Source: an uncultured Bacteroidia bacterium
GTDB taxonomy: Bacteria; Bacteroidota; Bacteroidia; Bacteroidales; ML635J-15
Assembly (NCBI GenBank): GCA_902791865.1
Contig: CADAXK010000008.1
Span: 9,198 to 73,197 of the forward strand
DNA: 64,000 bases
Reading direction: 5' to 3'
The notes under the pieces were generated by a model that saw only the letters and a list, made by a program, of their open reading frames with translations, ran no database searches and was not told the origin of the DNA. Below are positions 45,854 through 55,643 of this stretch, in pieces (within the stretch, counting starts at the first letter, position 1; every line of letters begins with the position of its first letter). Both the position numbers and the translations under genes were made by a program.

Positions 45854-46730
45854 CAAGTTTTTGGGAACGGGCGTGGCATTGGTTACGCCATTCGATATTA
45901 ATGGAAATGTTGACTATGTGGCTTTTGCTCGTTTGCTGTCGAATGTTGTAGATGGCGGAGTCGACTATGTGCTGGTGATGGGAACGACAGGCGAAACGCC
46001 TTGTCTTTCGGCAGAAGAACGTCGTAAGGTAATTGATTTTGCTAAGCGAGAAATAGCTGGTCGTGTGCCGATTATGGTTGGAATGAGCGGAAATAATACA
46101 TCCGACCTGCTTGATAGCATTCGCAACTTTGATTTCAGTGGCATAGATGGACTTCTAACGGCATCTCCGTTTTATAATAAGCCGGTACAGAATGGCTTGT
46201 ACGCACATTTCGCTCATGTTGCAGAGGTTTCTCCTGTGCCTGTAATTTTGTACAACATTCCGGGGCGTACTGGAGTTAACATTTCGCCAGAGACAATTTG
46301 CCGTCTTGCTAGCGACTTTGATAACATTATTGCTGTGAAGGAGGCATCTGGTTCAGTTGACCAGATTATGCGCGTGGTGGAGAACAAGCCAGAACGCTTT
46401 ACTGTTATTTCGGGTGATGATGGACTTACGCTTCCGCTTATGGCAGCAGGTGTGAAAGGTGTGATTTCCGTTGTGGCAAACGCATTCCCGCGTGAACTGT
46501 CGCAGATGGTGAAACTTGCGCTTAATGGTGATTTTGAGCAAGCAAGAAAATTACACTACAAGTTGTTGCCAACAGTTCGTTTGATGTTTGCCGAAGGCAA
46601 TCCTGCTGGCGTAAAGGCATACTTGTCGCAGATGGGCGTAATTCAGAATGTGCTTCGTTTGCCGTTGGTAAATGTCAGCGACGATTTGTATGCAAGGATT
46701 GCAGACGATATTTTAAGGTTGAAAAAATAA
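45846..46730 (+). CDS. dapA: 4-hydroxy-tetrahydrodipicolinate synthase
   Basis: GTTGE, YNIPGRTG and the AVKEASG (catalytic Lys) motifs. Confidence 0.92.
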   Translation: MNSKFLGTGVALVTPFDINGNVDYVAFARLLSNVVDGGVDYVLVMGTTGETPCLSAEERRKVIDFAKREIAGRVPIMVGMSGNNTSDLLDSIRNFDFSGIDGLLTASPFYNKPVQNGLYAHFAHVAEVSPVPVILYNIPGRTGVNISPETICRLASDFDNIIAVKEASGSVDQIMRVVENKPERFTVISGDDGLTLPLMAAGVKGVISVVANAFPRELSQMVKLALNGDFEQARKLHYKLLPTVRLMFAEGNPAGVKAYLSQMGVIQNVLRLPLVNVSDDLYARIADDILRLKK

Positions 46731-46743
46731 AAATATAATGATT

Positions 46744-46773
46744 TGTAGCGGCGCAATGCATTGCGCCGCTACA
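46744..46773. repeat. Perfect 13-bp-stem palindrome related to the repeat family (TGTAGCGGCGCAATGCATTGCGCCGCTACA)
   Basis: Read directly. It shares the GGCGCAATG..TTGCGCC core with 17087-17106 and 29065-29082. It lies 14 nt after the dapA stop and has no T tract. Confidence 0.75.
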
Positions 46774-46796
46774 TAAAATCGTAAATCTAAAATCCA

Positions 46797-48089
46797 TTGA
46801 AAACCGTTGCCTTCTGTACTCTTGGCTGTCGCCTCAATTTTGCCGAAACATCGACAATATCCCGCTATTTCATTGAGCGAGGGTTTTCAGTTGTGCCTTT
46901 TTCTCAGAAAGCGGACTTTTATGTGCTGAACTCATGTTCGGTGACATCAAATGCGAATCGAAAGGGCAGAAATGCTGTCGCACGTGCGCATTCGCTAAAT
47001 CCTGATGCAATAATAATTGTAACAGGCTGTTATGCACAGTTGAAAGCCGATGAGGTCGCATCGCTTCCGGGTGTGAACTATGTCTTTGGGGTGAACAACA
47101 AAGCCGAGATTGAAAAGATAATAGACAATGCGGTGGCAAGTCGTGATGTATTCGTAAGTACTACGCCACACAACGAAATGAAGTCCTTTGTGCCTGCATT
47201 TTCGAAGGGTGACCGCACTCGCGCTTTCCTTAAAGTGCAGGACGGTTGCGACTATTTCTGTGCCTATTGTACGATTCCATTTGCTCGCGGGCGTAGTCGC
47301 AATCCATCGGTTGCCGAGTGTGTCGAGCAGGTGAAGTCGCTTGCTGCTGATGGAATGAAGGAGGTGATAATCTCGGGTGTGAATATTGGCGATTTCGGTA
47401 AGACTACCGGTGAAAACTTTTTGCAGTTGCTGAAGGCTCTTGCAAAAGTCGATGGCATTGATCGGTATAGGATTGGAAGCATTGAACCAGATTTGCTTAC
47501 AGATGAAATTATTGAATTTGTTGCATCCGAACCTAAGATGATGCCACATTTTCACATTCCGTTGCAGTCGGGGTGTGACGAGTTGCTGAAACTTATTGGT
47601 CGCCGTTACGATACTGTTTTGTATCGTAGTAAGATAGAGTTAATAAAGAAACTTATTCCTGATGCTTTTATTGGCATCGACCTTATAGTTGGCGTTAACG
47701 GCGAAACACCAGAAATGTTTGCCGAGACCGTGGAATTTGTTGATTCTCTTGATATTTCGTTCATACACCAGTTCCAGTATTCCGAAAGGGAGAACACAAG
47801 GGCGTTGAAGTTTACTCCGCGCGTAACTTCCAAGCAGAAGCAGGAGAGGGCAGATGTGGTGAAGTCCGTTTGCGAAAGGAAACATAAGGAATTTGTGCAG
47901 TCGAGGCTTGGTTCTGTTCACGAGGTGCTGTTCGAGTCGGCAAAGAAGGGCGGAATGATGTTCGGTTATACCGATAATTATATAAGAGTGTCCGTGCCGT
48001 ACGACAAGGCGTTGATTAATAGTATTCGCCCTGTGAAATTGACTAAAGTCGTTGACGAAGATATAGTTGAAGCAGAAATTTTGAAATAG
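46797..48089 (+). CDS. mtaB: tRNA (t6A37) methylthiotransferase MtaB (radical SAM)
   Basis: TTG start. MKTVAFCTLGCRLN matches the typical N-terminus, with the CDYFCAYC radical-SAM cluster and a TRAM-like C-terminus. Confidence 0.85.
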   Translation: MKTVAFCTLGCRLNFAETSTISRYFIERGFSVVPFSQKADFYVLNSCSVTSNANRKGRNAVARAHSLNPDAIIIVTGCYAQLKADEVASLPGVNYVFGVNNKAEIEKIIDNAVASRDVFVSTTPHNEMKSFVPAFSKGDRTRAFLKVQDGCDYFCAYCTIPFARGRSRNPSVAECVEQVKSLAADGMKEVIISGVNIGDFGKTTGENFLQLLKALAKVDGIDRYRIGSIEPDLLTDEIIEFVASEPKMMPHFHIPLQSGCDELLKLIGRRYDTVLYRSKIELIKKLIPDAFIGIDLIVGVNGETPEMFAETVEFVDSLDISFIHQFQYSERENTRALKFTPRVTSKQKQERADVVKSVCERKHKEFVQSRLGSVHEVLFESAKKGGMMFGYTDNYIRVSVPYDKALINSIRPVKLTKVVDEDIVEAEILK

Positions 48090-48111
48090 ATAATAACGAA
48101 AAAAATAGAAT

Positions 48112-50748
48112 ATGAAAAAGGTACTATTACTTATTGCGTTGGTTTCCATGTCGTTGCTTTCGGCGGCGCAGTTTGCCGTAAGCCCTGCCTTGTCGGATGC
48201 GATTAAGGATGGATATGCAGAATACCTTGATGTCAATGTTTATTTTGAGAATGCGGAGTCGATTTCCGACCTTGCCCAGCAGTTCGATAAGTATCATGCC
48301 GACTTTGATACACGAGTGAAAGGTGTTACGGTAATGTTGAAACGAAATCATGAAAGGTCGTATGCCAAGTTCATGAGGCAGATTGCTCCGTTGATGAAGG
48401 CAAATCCGTCAGCTGTGACAGAAATGGAGGACTTTTGGATTGTGAATGCCGTGAATATGAAGGTGCAACGAGATTTAATAATGCAGATTGCTGGATTTGA
48501 GGATGTGACATATATAGACTTGAACACTCCGCGCTTCACGATTATTGATGGTACAACTTTGGTAGAGGAAAATGCTCCGCGTTCGGTGAATGGAGTGGAG
48601 TGGGGCGTGCGTGCCATAAATGCTCCGGCAATGTGGGCTTTGGGTTATACTGGTCGCAATATGTTGATGCTTAGCATTGATACAGGTGTAAATCCAGAAC
48701 ATCCAGCCATTAGCACCAACTATGCTGGCAATCATTGGCCACAGTCGCAGTGCTGGTACGGAATGCGACACGAAAATCCGCGCGACAATGCATCATCATC
48801 GCATGGCACACATACTACAGGAACGACAATGGGGCTCGATAGGGCAACCCACGATACTATCGGCATCGCATTTAATTCCAAGTGGATAGCATGTGACCCA
48901 GTTGCTAGTACTGAATCCGAACTGCTTACTGTAAGTCAGTTTTTCTCGGTTTACCAGTGGGTTTTGAATCCTGATGGCGATGAAAATACCACTCATGATG
49001 TTCCGCGTGTGATAAACAATTCATGGGGTTACAGCTATGATTTGGCAGAGGAATTTGGCGCTTGTTCGCTTCCAGAAAATTCAATAGTTGAGACTTTGGA
49101 AACTGCAGGAATTTGCTCTCCGTTCTCTGCAGGTAACGAAGGTCCGAATGATTCTACCACAGGCTATCCAGCAATGCTTGCATACAATGTTGTAAATCCT
49201 ATGTCGGTTGCAGCTGTAAATTCGAGCAATGCAGTTGCTAGTTTTTCGAGCCGAGGACCAACGCCATGTGTCGATGAGGAATCATCGTTGAAGATTAAGC
49301 CCGAGGTTTCGGCTCCAGGTGTAAATGTGCGTTCTTGTGTAGGTCTGAATGGTTACAATGCACTTCAGGGTACATCAATGGCTTGTCCGCATGTGTCGGG
49401 TGCTTTGCTGCTGCTTGCAGAGGCATTCCAAATGGCATCGGCAAGGGAACTGAAGGAGGCTTTGTACTATTCAGCTGTCGATCTCGGTGATGAGGGTGAA
49501 GACAATACATACGGAATGGGTATGATTGATGTGCTTGCTGCATACAATTATTTGTCAAATATATATCCTGTATCAGCACCGGAGAACGAAAATTTTGATG
49601 TAAGTGTCAAACTTAGCATGTCGTATGGTGATGGCATTGTTGACTATGATACAGTAACATGTTTGGAGAGTGTCCCCAGAGTTTATGCAACAATGCAAAA
49701 CAATGGAATTGTGGATGCAGGTCGTGTTATGTTGTCTGTTTATTCAGGCGATAGCCTAATTGCAACTCATGAATGGAACGATGTGGTCGCTTTATCAGAT
49801 GTTAACTATGAATACGAATTGCCCGATGTGCCTGTTCATGGTGGGCTTAACGAGTTGTATGCAGTAGTTTATCCGGGAAGCAATGGTCTCGAGTACGATT
49901 ACTTTAATAATAGTGCTATGCTGAGGTTCAATAAGTATTATGAGTCGGAGTTCCCGATGACTATGGATTTTGATGAAGGCGGCACACTTTCAAGTTACGG
50001 ACTGATAATTGACAATCCAGACAACAAGAAGACATGGATGATTATGCCTTGGGGCGAAAACAATGAACATTATGCACTTGGTTGTGCTTTTAGCAAGAAT
50101 AACACATATAGGGATCTTGATTATGCATATTTGCCTCACATTAGTCTTCCTGATGCAGATTCGTTGTATTTGAATTTCATATATGCATACAAGCGCCATT
50201 CGAGTAATTCTCTCAAGGATTCTCTTTTTGTGGAGGTTAGTACCGATTGTGGACAAACTTTCCCGTATGCGGTTTGGGCAAATGGAGGACCTGGTCTTTA
50301 TACTCAGGAGGGTAATTCTACTCCATATTATGTGCCGGCAAGTCGTTCTGAATTTGACACAGTGTCTATTTCTCTTGATGAATTTAGGGGACAAGATGTG
50401 TTAGTCAGATTGAAAGCAAAGAACGGAAGTAATTCAGAACTATACATATCGGATTTGTCGCTCGACAATCATTGCCTGAATGAGTTGCGCGAACATTTTA
50501 CTGCTGATAATGCGTCCATATTGCAAGTTTACCCTAATCCTACAGATGGTCAGACCAACATTTTTATTCCTGCGGAATATTGTGGACAACATTTCTGCAT
50601 ATATGATGTGTATGGAAGGTTAATAAAGGAGTTTGTTGTTGATAATCAGTATAATAGCGTTGATTTTTCAAGTCTTTCTGATGGCATATATGTGCTGAGA
50701 GCTGATGCTATGAATATACAGGCTAAAATAGTTTTGTTAAAAAAGTAG
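48112..50748 (+). CDS. S8 (subtilisin-family) serine peptidase with a T9SS C-terminal sorting domain
   Basis: Catalytic triad motifs SIDTGV, HGTHTTGT and GTSMACPHVSG. The C-terminus is VYPNPTDGQTNIFIP...GIYVLRADAMNIQAKIVLLKK. Confidence 0.88.
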   Translation: MKKVLLLIALVSMSLLSAAQFAVSPALSDAIKDGYAEYLDVNVYFENAESISDLAQQFDKYHADFDTRVKGVTVMLKRNHERSYAKFMRQIAPLMKANPSAVTEMEDFWIVNAVNMKVQRDLIMQIAGFEDVTYIDLNTPRFTIIDGTTLVEENAPRSVNGVEWGVRAINAPAMWALGYTGRNMLMLSIDTGVNPEHPAISTNYAGNHWPQSQCWYGMRHENPRDNASSSHGTHTTGTTMGLDRATHDTIGIAFNSKWIACDPVASTESELLTVSQFFSVYQWVLNPDGDENTTHDVPRVINNSWGYSYDLAEEFGACSLPENSIVETLETAGICSPFSAGNEGPNDSTTGYPAMLAYNVVNPMSVAAVNSSNAVASFSSRGPTPCVDEESSLKIKPEVSAPGVNVRSCVGLNGYNALQGTSMACPHVSGALLLLAEAFQMASARELKEALYYSAVDLGDEGEDNTYGMGMIDVLAAYNYLSNIYPVSAPENENFDVSVKLSMSYGDGIVDYDTVTCLESVPRVYATMQNNGIVDAGRVMLSVYSGDSLIATHEWNDVVALSDVNYEYELPDVPVHGGLNELYAVVYPGSNGLEYDYFNNSAMLRFNKYYESEFPMTMDFDEGGTLSSYGLIIDNPDNKKTWMIMPWGENNEHYALGCAFSKNNTYRDLDYAYLPHISLPDADSLYLNFIYAYKRHSSNSLKDSLFVEVSTDCGQTFPYAVWANGGPGLYTQEGNSTPYYVPASRSEFDTVSISLDEFRGQDVLVRLKAKNGSNSELYISDLSLDNHCLNELREHFTADNASILQVYPNPTDGQTNIFIPAEYCGQHFCIYDVYGRLIKEFVVDNQYNSVDFSSLSDGIYVLRADAMNIQAKIVLLKK

Positions 50749-50811
50749 CAAAAAATTTTGAGGATTAAAATATTGTTAATAATTTTACGGCTTGATTATA
50801 TTCTTAAAATT

Positions 50812-51774
50812 ATGAATAGAAGAATTTTTAGTATGGCGTTTATGTTCGCAATTTTTGCGGCATTATTCTTATTGTTCACTGCTTGTCCGAGTGACAGTAC
50901 AGGACCTTCAATTTATTTCTTGGCAAAGGATGGTGTAACCATAGACAAGAAAGGTGATACTACTATTTTGTTATATACTAAATATGTTGATCCCGGTTGC
51001 TATGTCGAGGACAATGCAAGTATGAATGAAAATATTCAGGTTACATCGGATTTGGAAACTGTATTGCAAATAGAAAGAAAAGTTGCATCGCATATAGGTG
51101 AAGTAAAGAAAACTGGCGATTATACTATAACGTATACGGCAATCGATGAGGCAGGAAATGCTGGACAGAGGACAAAGATAATTACTTGCAAGAATGTCAG
51201 CGACATATATGCAGGACGTTATTGGACTGTTCGTGATGATATTGTCGGTCAGGGATCTAGTGATATATGTCACGCAGCGAGATATTATTCGAATGTAACT
51301 GCTTCGGCAAATGTTGCTGGTCGTATTAGATTCTCAAAAGTGGCGTTGCACGAATATCAAGGACAAAAAGTTTCGTTCAAGGTCGATGCTGACTTATATT
51401 CTCCAGAATTGTCATCCCGTACTCGTTCCGACCAAGTTGGATTCCTCGGAACTGCATCAGACAAGGAAGTCGTGTTTTATAATGGAATGTCGTATGATGC
51501 AGCTGTAGATTCTATGCGTTTGAATTATGTATATCTGCAAATCCCGACTCAGGAAGCAAGTGTTGCTTATTCAGAGGGTGATGCTGCGATAAATGACTAT
51601 ACCGTAAAAATTCAAGGTCGTATGGAAGGTACAACGCCAAAGTCGAAGATTGTATACAATGAAAGAGGGGTTATGTTGTATATAGAACTTGCGCTTAATA
51701 TTTCGATACCTAATGCATCGGGTACAGGTCTGCAGCCTATTCAAAATTATGTAGAAAGATACTATCCTGAATAG
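50812..51774 (+). CDS. Lipoprotein with an Ig-like (DUF5011/HYR-like) domain
   Basis: Start at MNRRIFSMAFMFAIFAALFLLFTAC (lipobox). YVDPGCYVEDN...TYTAIDEAGNAG resembles DUF5011. Confidence 0.6.
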   Translation: MNRRIFSMAFMFAIFAALFLLFTACPSDSTGPSIYFLAKDGVTIDKKGDTTILLYTKYVDPGCYVEDNASMNENIQVTSDLETVLQIERKVASHIGEVKKTGDYTITYTAIDEAGNAGQRTKIITCKNVSDIYAGRYWTVRDDIVGQGSSDICHAARYYSNVTASANVAGRIRFSKVALHEYQGQKVSFKVDADLYSPELSSRTRSDQVGFLGTASDKEVVFYNGMSYDAAVDSMRLNYVYLQIPTQEASVAYSEGDAAINDYTVKIQGRMEGTTPKSKIVYNERGVMLYIELALNISIPNASGTGLQPIQNYVERYYPE

Positions 51775-51794
51775 AATCTAATAAGAAGAAAAAT

Positions 51795-51825
51795 AAAAAA
51801 GTCGGATGTTAGTCCGACTTTTTTT
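51795..51825. terminator. Bidirectional Rho-independent terminator
   Basis: AAAAAAGTCGGATGTTAGTCCGACTTTTTTT lies between convergent genes. Confidence 0.8.
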
Positions 51826-51840
51826 ATGTTTTATGTGTGG

Positions 51841-52119
51841 TTATTCGATTGAAACAATAAGCCCTTTTCCAATTAAAGCGTCTTTGAGTTCCTTAAGGTA
51901 TTTGTACTCGCCTTTCTTAATATCGCAGCGTCCTTTGTAATTGGCTATGTATGCGCATTGTTCTGCCTGAATCATATCGTGTTCGCAAATGTTTACCAGG
52001 CATGTTATTACATGGTCAAATGAATTTTTGTCGTCGTTGTACAGAATAAGGTTGTTTCTATCCAGCGATTTGATGTCTTCCTTCGCCTGTGGCTCTATTA
52101 TATTGTTGTTTGTTGGCAT
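51841..52119 (-). CDS. clpS: ATP-dependent Clp protease adaptor ClpS
   Basis: LILYNDDKNSFDHVITCLVNICEH...QAEQCA is the classic ClpS core. Start placed at MPTNNN. Confidence 0.85.
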   Translation of the reverse strand: MPTNNNIIEPQAKEDIKSLDRNNLILYNDDKNSFDHVITCLVNICEHDMIQAEQCAYIANYKGRCDIKKGEYKYLKELKDALIGKGLIVSIE

Positions 52120-52347
52120 AGCGGTGCAAATATATAGCATTATTGCCAATTGGCAATATATGTCTATCGATTTTTCTTTAAAAACGATTTTAAAATGACG
52201 ATTTTAGTTTGCTTATTGGAGGCTTATAATTTTGATTTTATAGGAATATTTGGTTTAATAGGTTGATAATAATAGGATTGTGAGCAAATAAAAAATAAGG
52301 AAAATAACTTTGCTGAGAATTTTATTTGTAGTACTTTTGCACCGCTC

Positions 52348-52437
52348 GGAGAAATGGCAGAGTGGTCGAATGCGGCGGTCTTGAAAACCGTTGAACTCGC
52401 GAGGGTTCCGGGGGTTCGAATCCCTCTTTCTCCGCCA
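52348..52437 (+). tRNA. tRNA-Ser (anticodon TGA), CCA encoded
   Basis: Acceptor stem GGAGAAA / TTTCTCC, anticodon loop CTTGAAA, a long variable arm and the T-loop GGTTCGAATCC. Confidence 0.9.
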
Positions 52438-52475
52438 CTGAGGCGGCAAGCAGACAAATAAGTTTGACCTCGCAA

Positions 52476-52562
52476 GGAGAGATGCCAGAGTGGTCGAATG
52501 GGGCGGTCTCGAAAACCGTTGTACTCTTTCGAGTACCGGGGGTTCGAATCCCTTTCTCTCCG
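52476..52562 (+). tRNA. tRNA-Ser (anticodon CGA)
   Basis: Acceptor stem GGAGAGA / TCTCTCC, anticodon loop CTCGAAA, a long variable arm and the T-loop GGTTCGAATCC. Confidence 0.9.
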
Positions 52563-52687
52563 CAAAAAGCGTTTAAATGTCAGAAAGCCAGACGGTTGTT
52601 TGGCTTTCTTGCAAAAATGCGCCAAAATTGAGCTAGCAGATATTTTTCTTTTCGAGTTGAAAAACAAGAAAGGAAAATAAAAAAAAA

Positions 52688-53809
52688 ATGTTGCCATTCA
52701 TCAATTTTAAACCAGCAGAACTAAAAGAGACAAATACGGAAACATACGTTTCCTACTATGTTGAGAATCCATTCCAGGATGATAAGCTAGTCAGGCAGAG
52801 AATTAGGTTGAACCACATCAAGAACCGAGCAGAACGGCTGAGGTATGGCCGTAAGCTGGCGTATGAGATTAACCTGAAGCTGTATAAGGGCTGGAATCCG
52901 TTTCTGGAGAAAAGCAAGGTAGGTATGAAGCGAATTTCGGATGCAATAGACGAGTTTCTGAAGGAAAGTGACAGGCATTTGCGTCTCGATAGCAGCCGAA
53001 CCTATCATTCGTACTGCAAGCAGTTCAAAGAGTTCCTGAAGGAAAACGATCTGTGCGACAGTTATGTGTTCAACCTGAAAAAGTCGGATGCTCGTGACTT
53101 TGCTGCCTACATCGAGGAAAAGAAGAATCTCACTTCCCGGACATTCAACAACTATATGCGTATGATGAGAACGTTATGGTTGTGGCTCATCGATCACGAA
53201 TACACCAGGGAAAACATATTCGAGTGCATAAGGAAGCGGCGTGTCGATACTAAGAACAGGATCGTAATACTGCCCGCTGACCGCAAGAAGATTATGGACT
53301 ATCTGGAATCGACTGGACAACACGGGTTCTGCCTGATGTGCCAGTTTACCTTCCTGATGCTGATTAGGCCAAAGGAGTGCCTGCAGCTGCGAGTATGCGA
53401 CATTGACCTCGATGGACGTTTCCTAAGTATTCCAGCTTCCGTAGCGAAGAATCACAAGGAGCGGACTCTTGCATTGCCTGACAAACTGGTGGAACTTCTG
53501 CAGGAGCATTGCAAGGGTGCCTTGCCTACGGATTTTATTTTTTCGGAAGGCTATGAGTGCGGCAATGTGCAGAAGAATACGCGCGACTCTGGACGTACTT
53601 GGGGGAACATGCGCAAGGTCTTGGATTTGCCGAAGGAGTACCAATTCTACAGTCTGAAGGACACCGCTATTTCGGAAATGCTGGAAGCCGGTGTGCCTGC
53701 TAAGCTCGTGCAGGAACTTGCCGATCATGCCGACCTGTCGATGACACAGAAGTACGTTCACCGCAGCGATGCGCGGAAGATCCTGGCATACGACCGTCCC
53801 GACTTTTAG
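52688..53809 (+). CDS. Tyrosine-type site-specific integrase (Bacteroidetes type)
   Basis: An N-terminal arm-binding-like region and a SAM-like core. The C-terminal catalytic region is ...RPKECLQLR...YSLKDTAISEML..G.......LADHADLSMTQKYVH (R...H-x-x-R-like...Y). Confidence 0.85.
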   Translation: MLPFINFKPAELKETNTETYVSYYVENPFQDDKLVRQRIRLNHIKNRAERLRYGRKLAYEINLKLYKGWNPFLEKSKVGMKRISDAIDEFLKESDRHLRLDSSRTYHSYCKQFKEFLKENDLCDSYVFNLKKSDARDFAAYIEEKKNLTSRTFNNYMRMMRTLWLWLIDHEYTRENIFECIRKRRVDTKNRIVILPADRKKIMDYLESTGQHGFCLMCQFTFLMLIRPKECLQLRVCDIDLDGRFLSIPASVAKNHKERTLALPDKLVELLQEHCKGALPTDFIFSEGYECGNVQKNTRDSGRTWGNMRKVLDLPKEYQFYSLKDTAISEMLEAGVPAKLVQELADHADLSMTQKYVHRSDARKILAYDRPDF

Positions 53810-54078
53810 AAATCCTGCTTTTCGGTGCTGATTTCCATGTTGCCCTTGCGGAATGTGACGGCGCGACCGGAATGGATGATGCCATAGACGGCGTAGAGGG
53901 TGGGGAAGGCGAAGATTTCACCGACCGCCGCCAGAACAGAACCGTCGATGATTCCGCGTGGCGGCACGATGAACGATACCACTACCAGCACCGCCGAAAG
54001 CACCAGCGACACCCAGAACACCACCTTCCAGTGGCGGTCACCAGCGACTATGCAATCCTTCAGCTCCTGTTGGCTCAT
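53806..54078 (-). CDS. Small two-TM membrane protein (holin-like candidate)
   Basis: 90 aa with two hydrophobic helices (VVFWVSLVLSAVLVVVSFIV and LAAVGEIFAFPTLYAVYGII) and a charged C-terminus. Its stop overlaps the integrase stop in a convergent arrangement. Confidence 0.6.
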   Translation of the reverse strand: MSQQELKDCIVAGDRHWKVVFWVSLVLSAVLVVVSFIVPPRGIIDGSVLAAVGEIFAFPTLYAVYGIIHSGRAVTFRKGNMEISTEKQDF

Positions 54079-54383
54079 AACTCAAGCACTCCAGAATTAT
54101 TGAGGTATTCATATATCTGTCTCACAGCAGTATAAGTACCTTCTGATGCAGGTGAAAGGCCAAGATGGTTGTTCACTGTATCTATGTGCAATTTTGCCGT
54201 AGTATTATCACCGGCTTCAATGCAACAGCAGGCAAGGTTTAGCAGTGCATTAATACGGTCGAGTTTAGCAACTGTTATGGTATCGCCGCACTTCAGTTTA
54301 TTGTTTTCTGTGTCTAATAATACAGGTCTAAGTGCCATTTTATTTATTTTTTTATTGGTTAAACATTTTTTATTAGTATTCAA
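54075..54383 (-). CDS. Hypothetical protein
   Basis: ORF in the operon. An alternative start is at 54338 (MALRPVLLD). It has a 4-nt overlap with the downstream gene. Confidence 0.55.
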   Translation of the reverse strand: MNTNKKCLTNKKINKMALRPVLLDTENNKLKCGDTITVAKLDRINALLNLACCCIEAGDNTTAKLHIDTVNNHLGLSPASEGTYTAVRQIYEYLNNSGVLEL

Positions 54384-54963
54384 TTCCTTTCACCTTAGCC
54401 CAGTTCTGCCAGTTGCCGGTGGCAAGGTCGGTCATCACGACGCCATAGCGGTGTCCCTTGGCCTCGATGACTTTTCCGTGTCCGGCATATACGCCTACAT
54501 GTCCGCTCTTGTGTACAGTAAGGCCTGGGATTTCGGGAATGGTGGCGATGGTCCCGCTCTCGATGGCGGTTGCCAGTATTGCATCGGCGGTGGTGTCGGG
54601 AAAGCCGTTGCTGCCAGGAACGACCTTGCCGTTCCTTGTGCCGTCGCTCCACATGTATGCCTCGACAAGGCCCGCGCAGTCGTGGACGCGCTGCCCGAGT
54701 TGTTGCTCGGCATCGGCATAGTCGGCACTGCCATATACATTGGGATACTGCCTACGCTTTTGCTCAAGCAGTTCTTGCGTGGCAGTTTGCCCGCTAGTCC
54801 CCCACCAGTAAGGACGGCCAAGCTGCGAGCGTGCATAGCGTACAAGTCCGCGACCAGTCTTTTTCCTGCCGTTATGCCTGCGCACAATGGCAAAAACCGT
54901 TGCGGTAACCACACAAGTCACCGCAACGGAAACTATTAGTATTATGGCGGACTTACGATCCAT
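54373..54963 (-). CDS. NlpC/P60 cell-wall endopeptidase with an N-terminal TM anchor
   Basis: LGRPYWWGTSG, catalytic Cys in HDCAGLV and His in GHVGVY. The N-terminal anchor is SAIILIVSVAVTCVVTATVFAIV. Start at MDRKS. Confidence 0.8.
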   Translation of the reverse strand: MDRKSAIILIVSVAVTCVVTATVFAIVRRHNGRKKTGRGLVRYARSQLGRPYWWGTSGQTATQELLEQKRRQYPNVYGSADYADAEQQLGQRVHDCAGLVEAYMWSDGTRNGKVVPGSNGFPDTTADAILATAIESGTIATIPEIPGLTVHKSGHVGVYAGHGKVIEAKGHRYGVVMTDLATGNWQNWAKVKGIEY

Positions 54964-54965
54964 GG

Positions 54966-55589
54966 TTATGATTGTTGATCCCACAATAAACTCACGGAAT
55001 CATCATCACCTATCACAACGGTTCCCCAACCACCTTTAGGAGCCCACACTCTAAAATAGATGGCTGAGTCATCTGCGAGGCACATAGATGATGAAATAGC
55101 TTCTCCAGCCTGTCCCAGTAAAAACATAGTGACAGGAGTACTGCCAATTTGCCCTACAAGTTCTCCAAATGGCAAATCGCATTCATATACCCAGGCTTCT
55201 TGTCCTGCATCATATTCCACGCGGACTTCGTAACCCAATCCCTTTTTTGTACTTTCCACAGAACCATCTGAAAGTATAGTAACCTTTATAATTTCGCCAT
55301 CAATTAGATAGCGGTATGTCACTTTTACTTCAGCGGGGTCTGGATCTCCATGGGAAATACTGTCAGCAGTAGTTAGTATAAGATCTCCTTCTGCAGATTG
55401 AAGGAATACAGGTGTTCCTGCGGAGATATAATCGTTTATCTCACAGGCATTCATGTCGCATGTAAGATCGCCGGAAACCATGTCCACTATCAAATGTGCA
55501 ACTATAGTGCCAGCGGATGGCTGTGCATCGGGGGCTACAATTTTCCCTGTTTCCGCATTAAGGTACAGCGGTTTTAAATTCTCGTTCAT
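54966..55589 (-). CDS. Hypothetical acidic soluble protein (possible virion or spike component)
   Basis: 207 aa with no TM, acidic and rich in beta-type sequence. No motif recognised. Confidence 0.55.
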   Translation of the reverse strand: MNENLKPLYLNAETGKIVAPDAQPSAGTIVAHLIVDMVSGDLTCDMNACEINDYISAGTPVFLQSAEGDLILTTADSISHGDPDPAEVKVTYRYLIDGEIIKVTILSDGSVESTKKGLGYEVRVEYDAGQEAWVYECDLPFGELVGQIGSTPVTMFLLGQAGEAISSSMCLADDSAIYFRVWAPKGGWGTVVIGDDDSVSLLWDQQS

Positions 55590-55643
55590 AGTCCTAAAAA
55601 TTTAAGTTGTTATTTCTTTGTTTTTGATTTCGGTTTAGATTTT

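Noticed and set aside
47640-48236. 198-aa minus-strand ORF spanning the mtaB / S8 protease junction
   Set aside because: It is antisense to two well-supported plus-strand genes.
52224-52697. 157-aa minus-strand ORF and smaller ORFs at 52255-52680
   Set aside because: They span the two tRNA-Ser genes.
52540-52700. attL/attR pair defined by a repeat of the tRNA-Ser 3' end
   Set aside because: I found no second copy of GGTTCGAATCCC(T)TTCTCTCC or of the tRNA-integrase spacer anywhere in 53-64 kb. The right boundary is either outside the window or not tRNA-derived, so no att sites are called.
54169-54939. 256-aa plus-strand ORF inside the element
   Set aside because: It is antisense to the NlpC/P60 gene, whose catalytic motifs are clear. 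G+C-rich DNA keeps antisense frames open.
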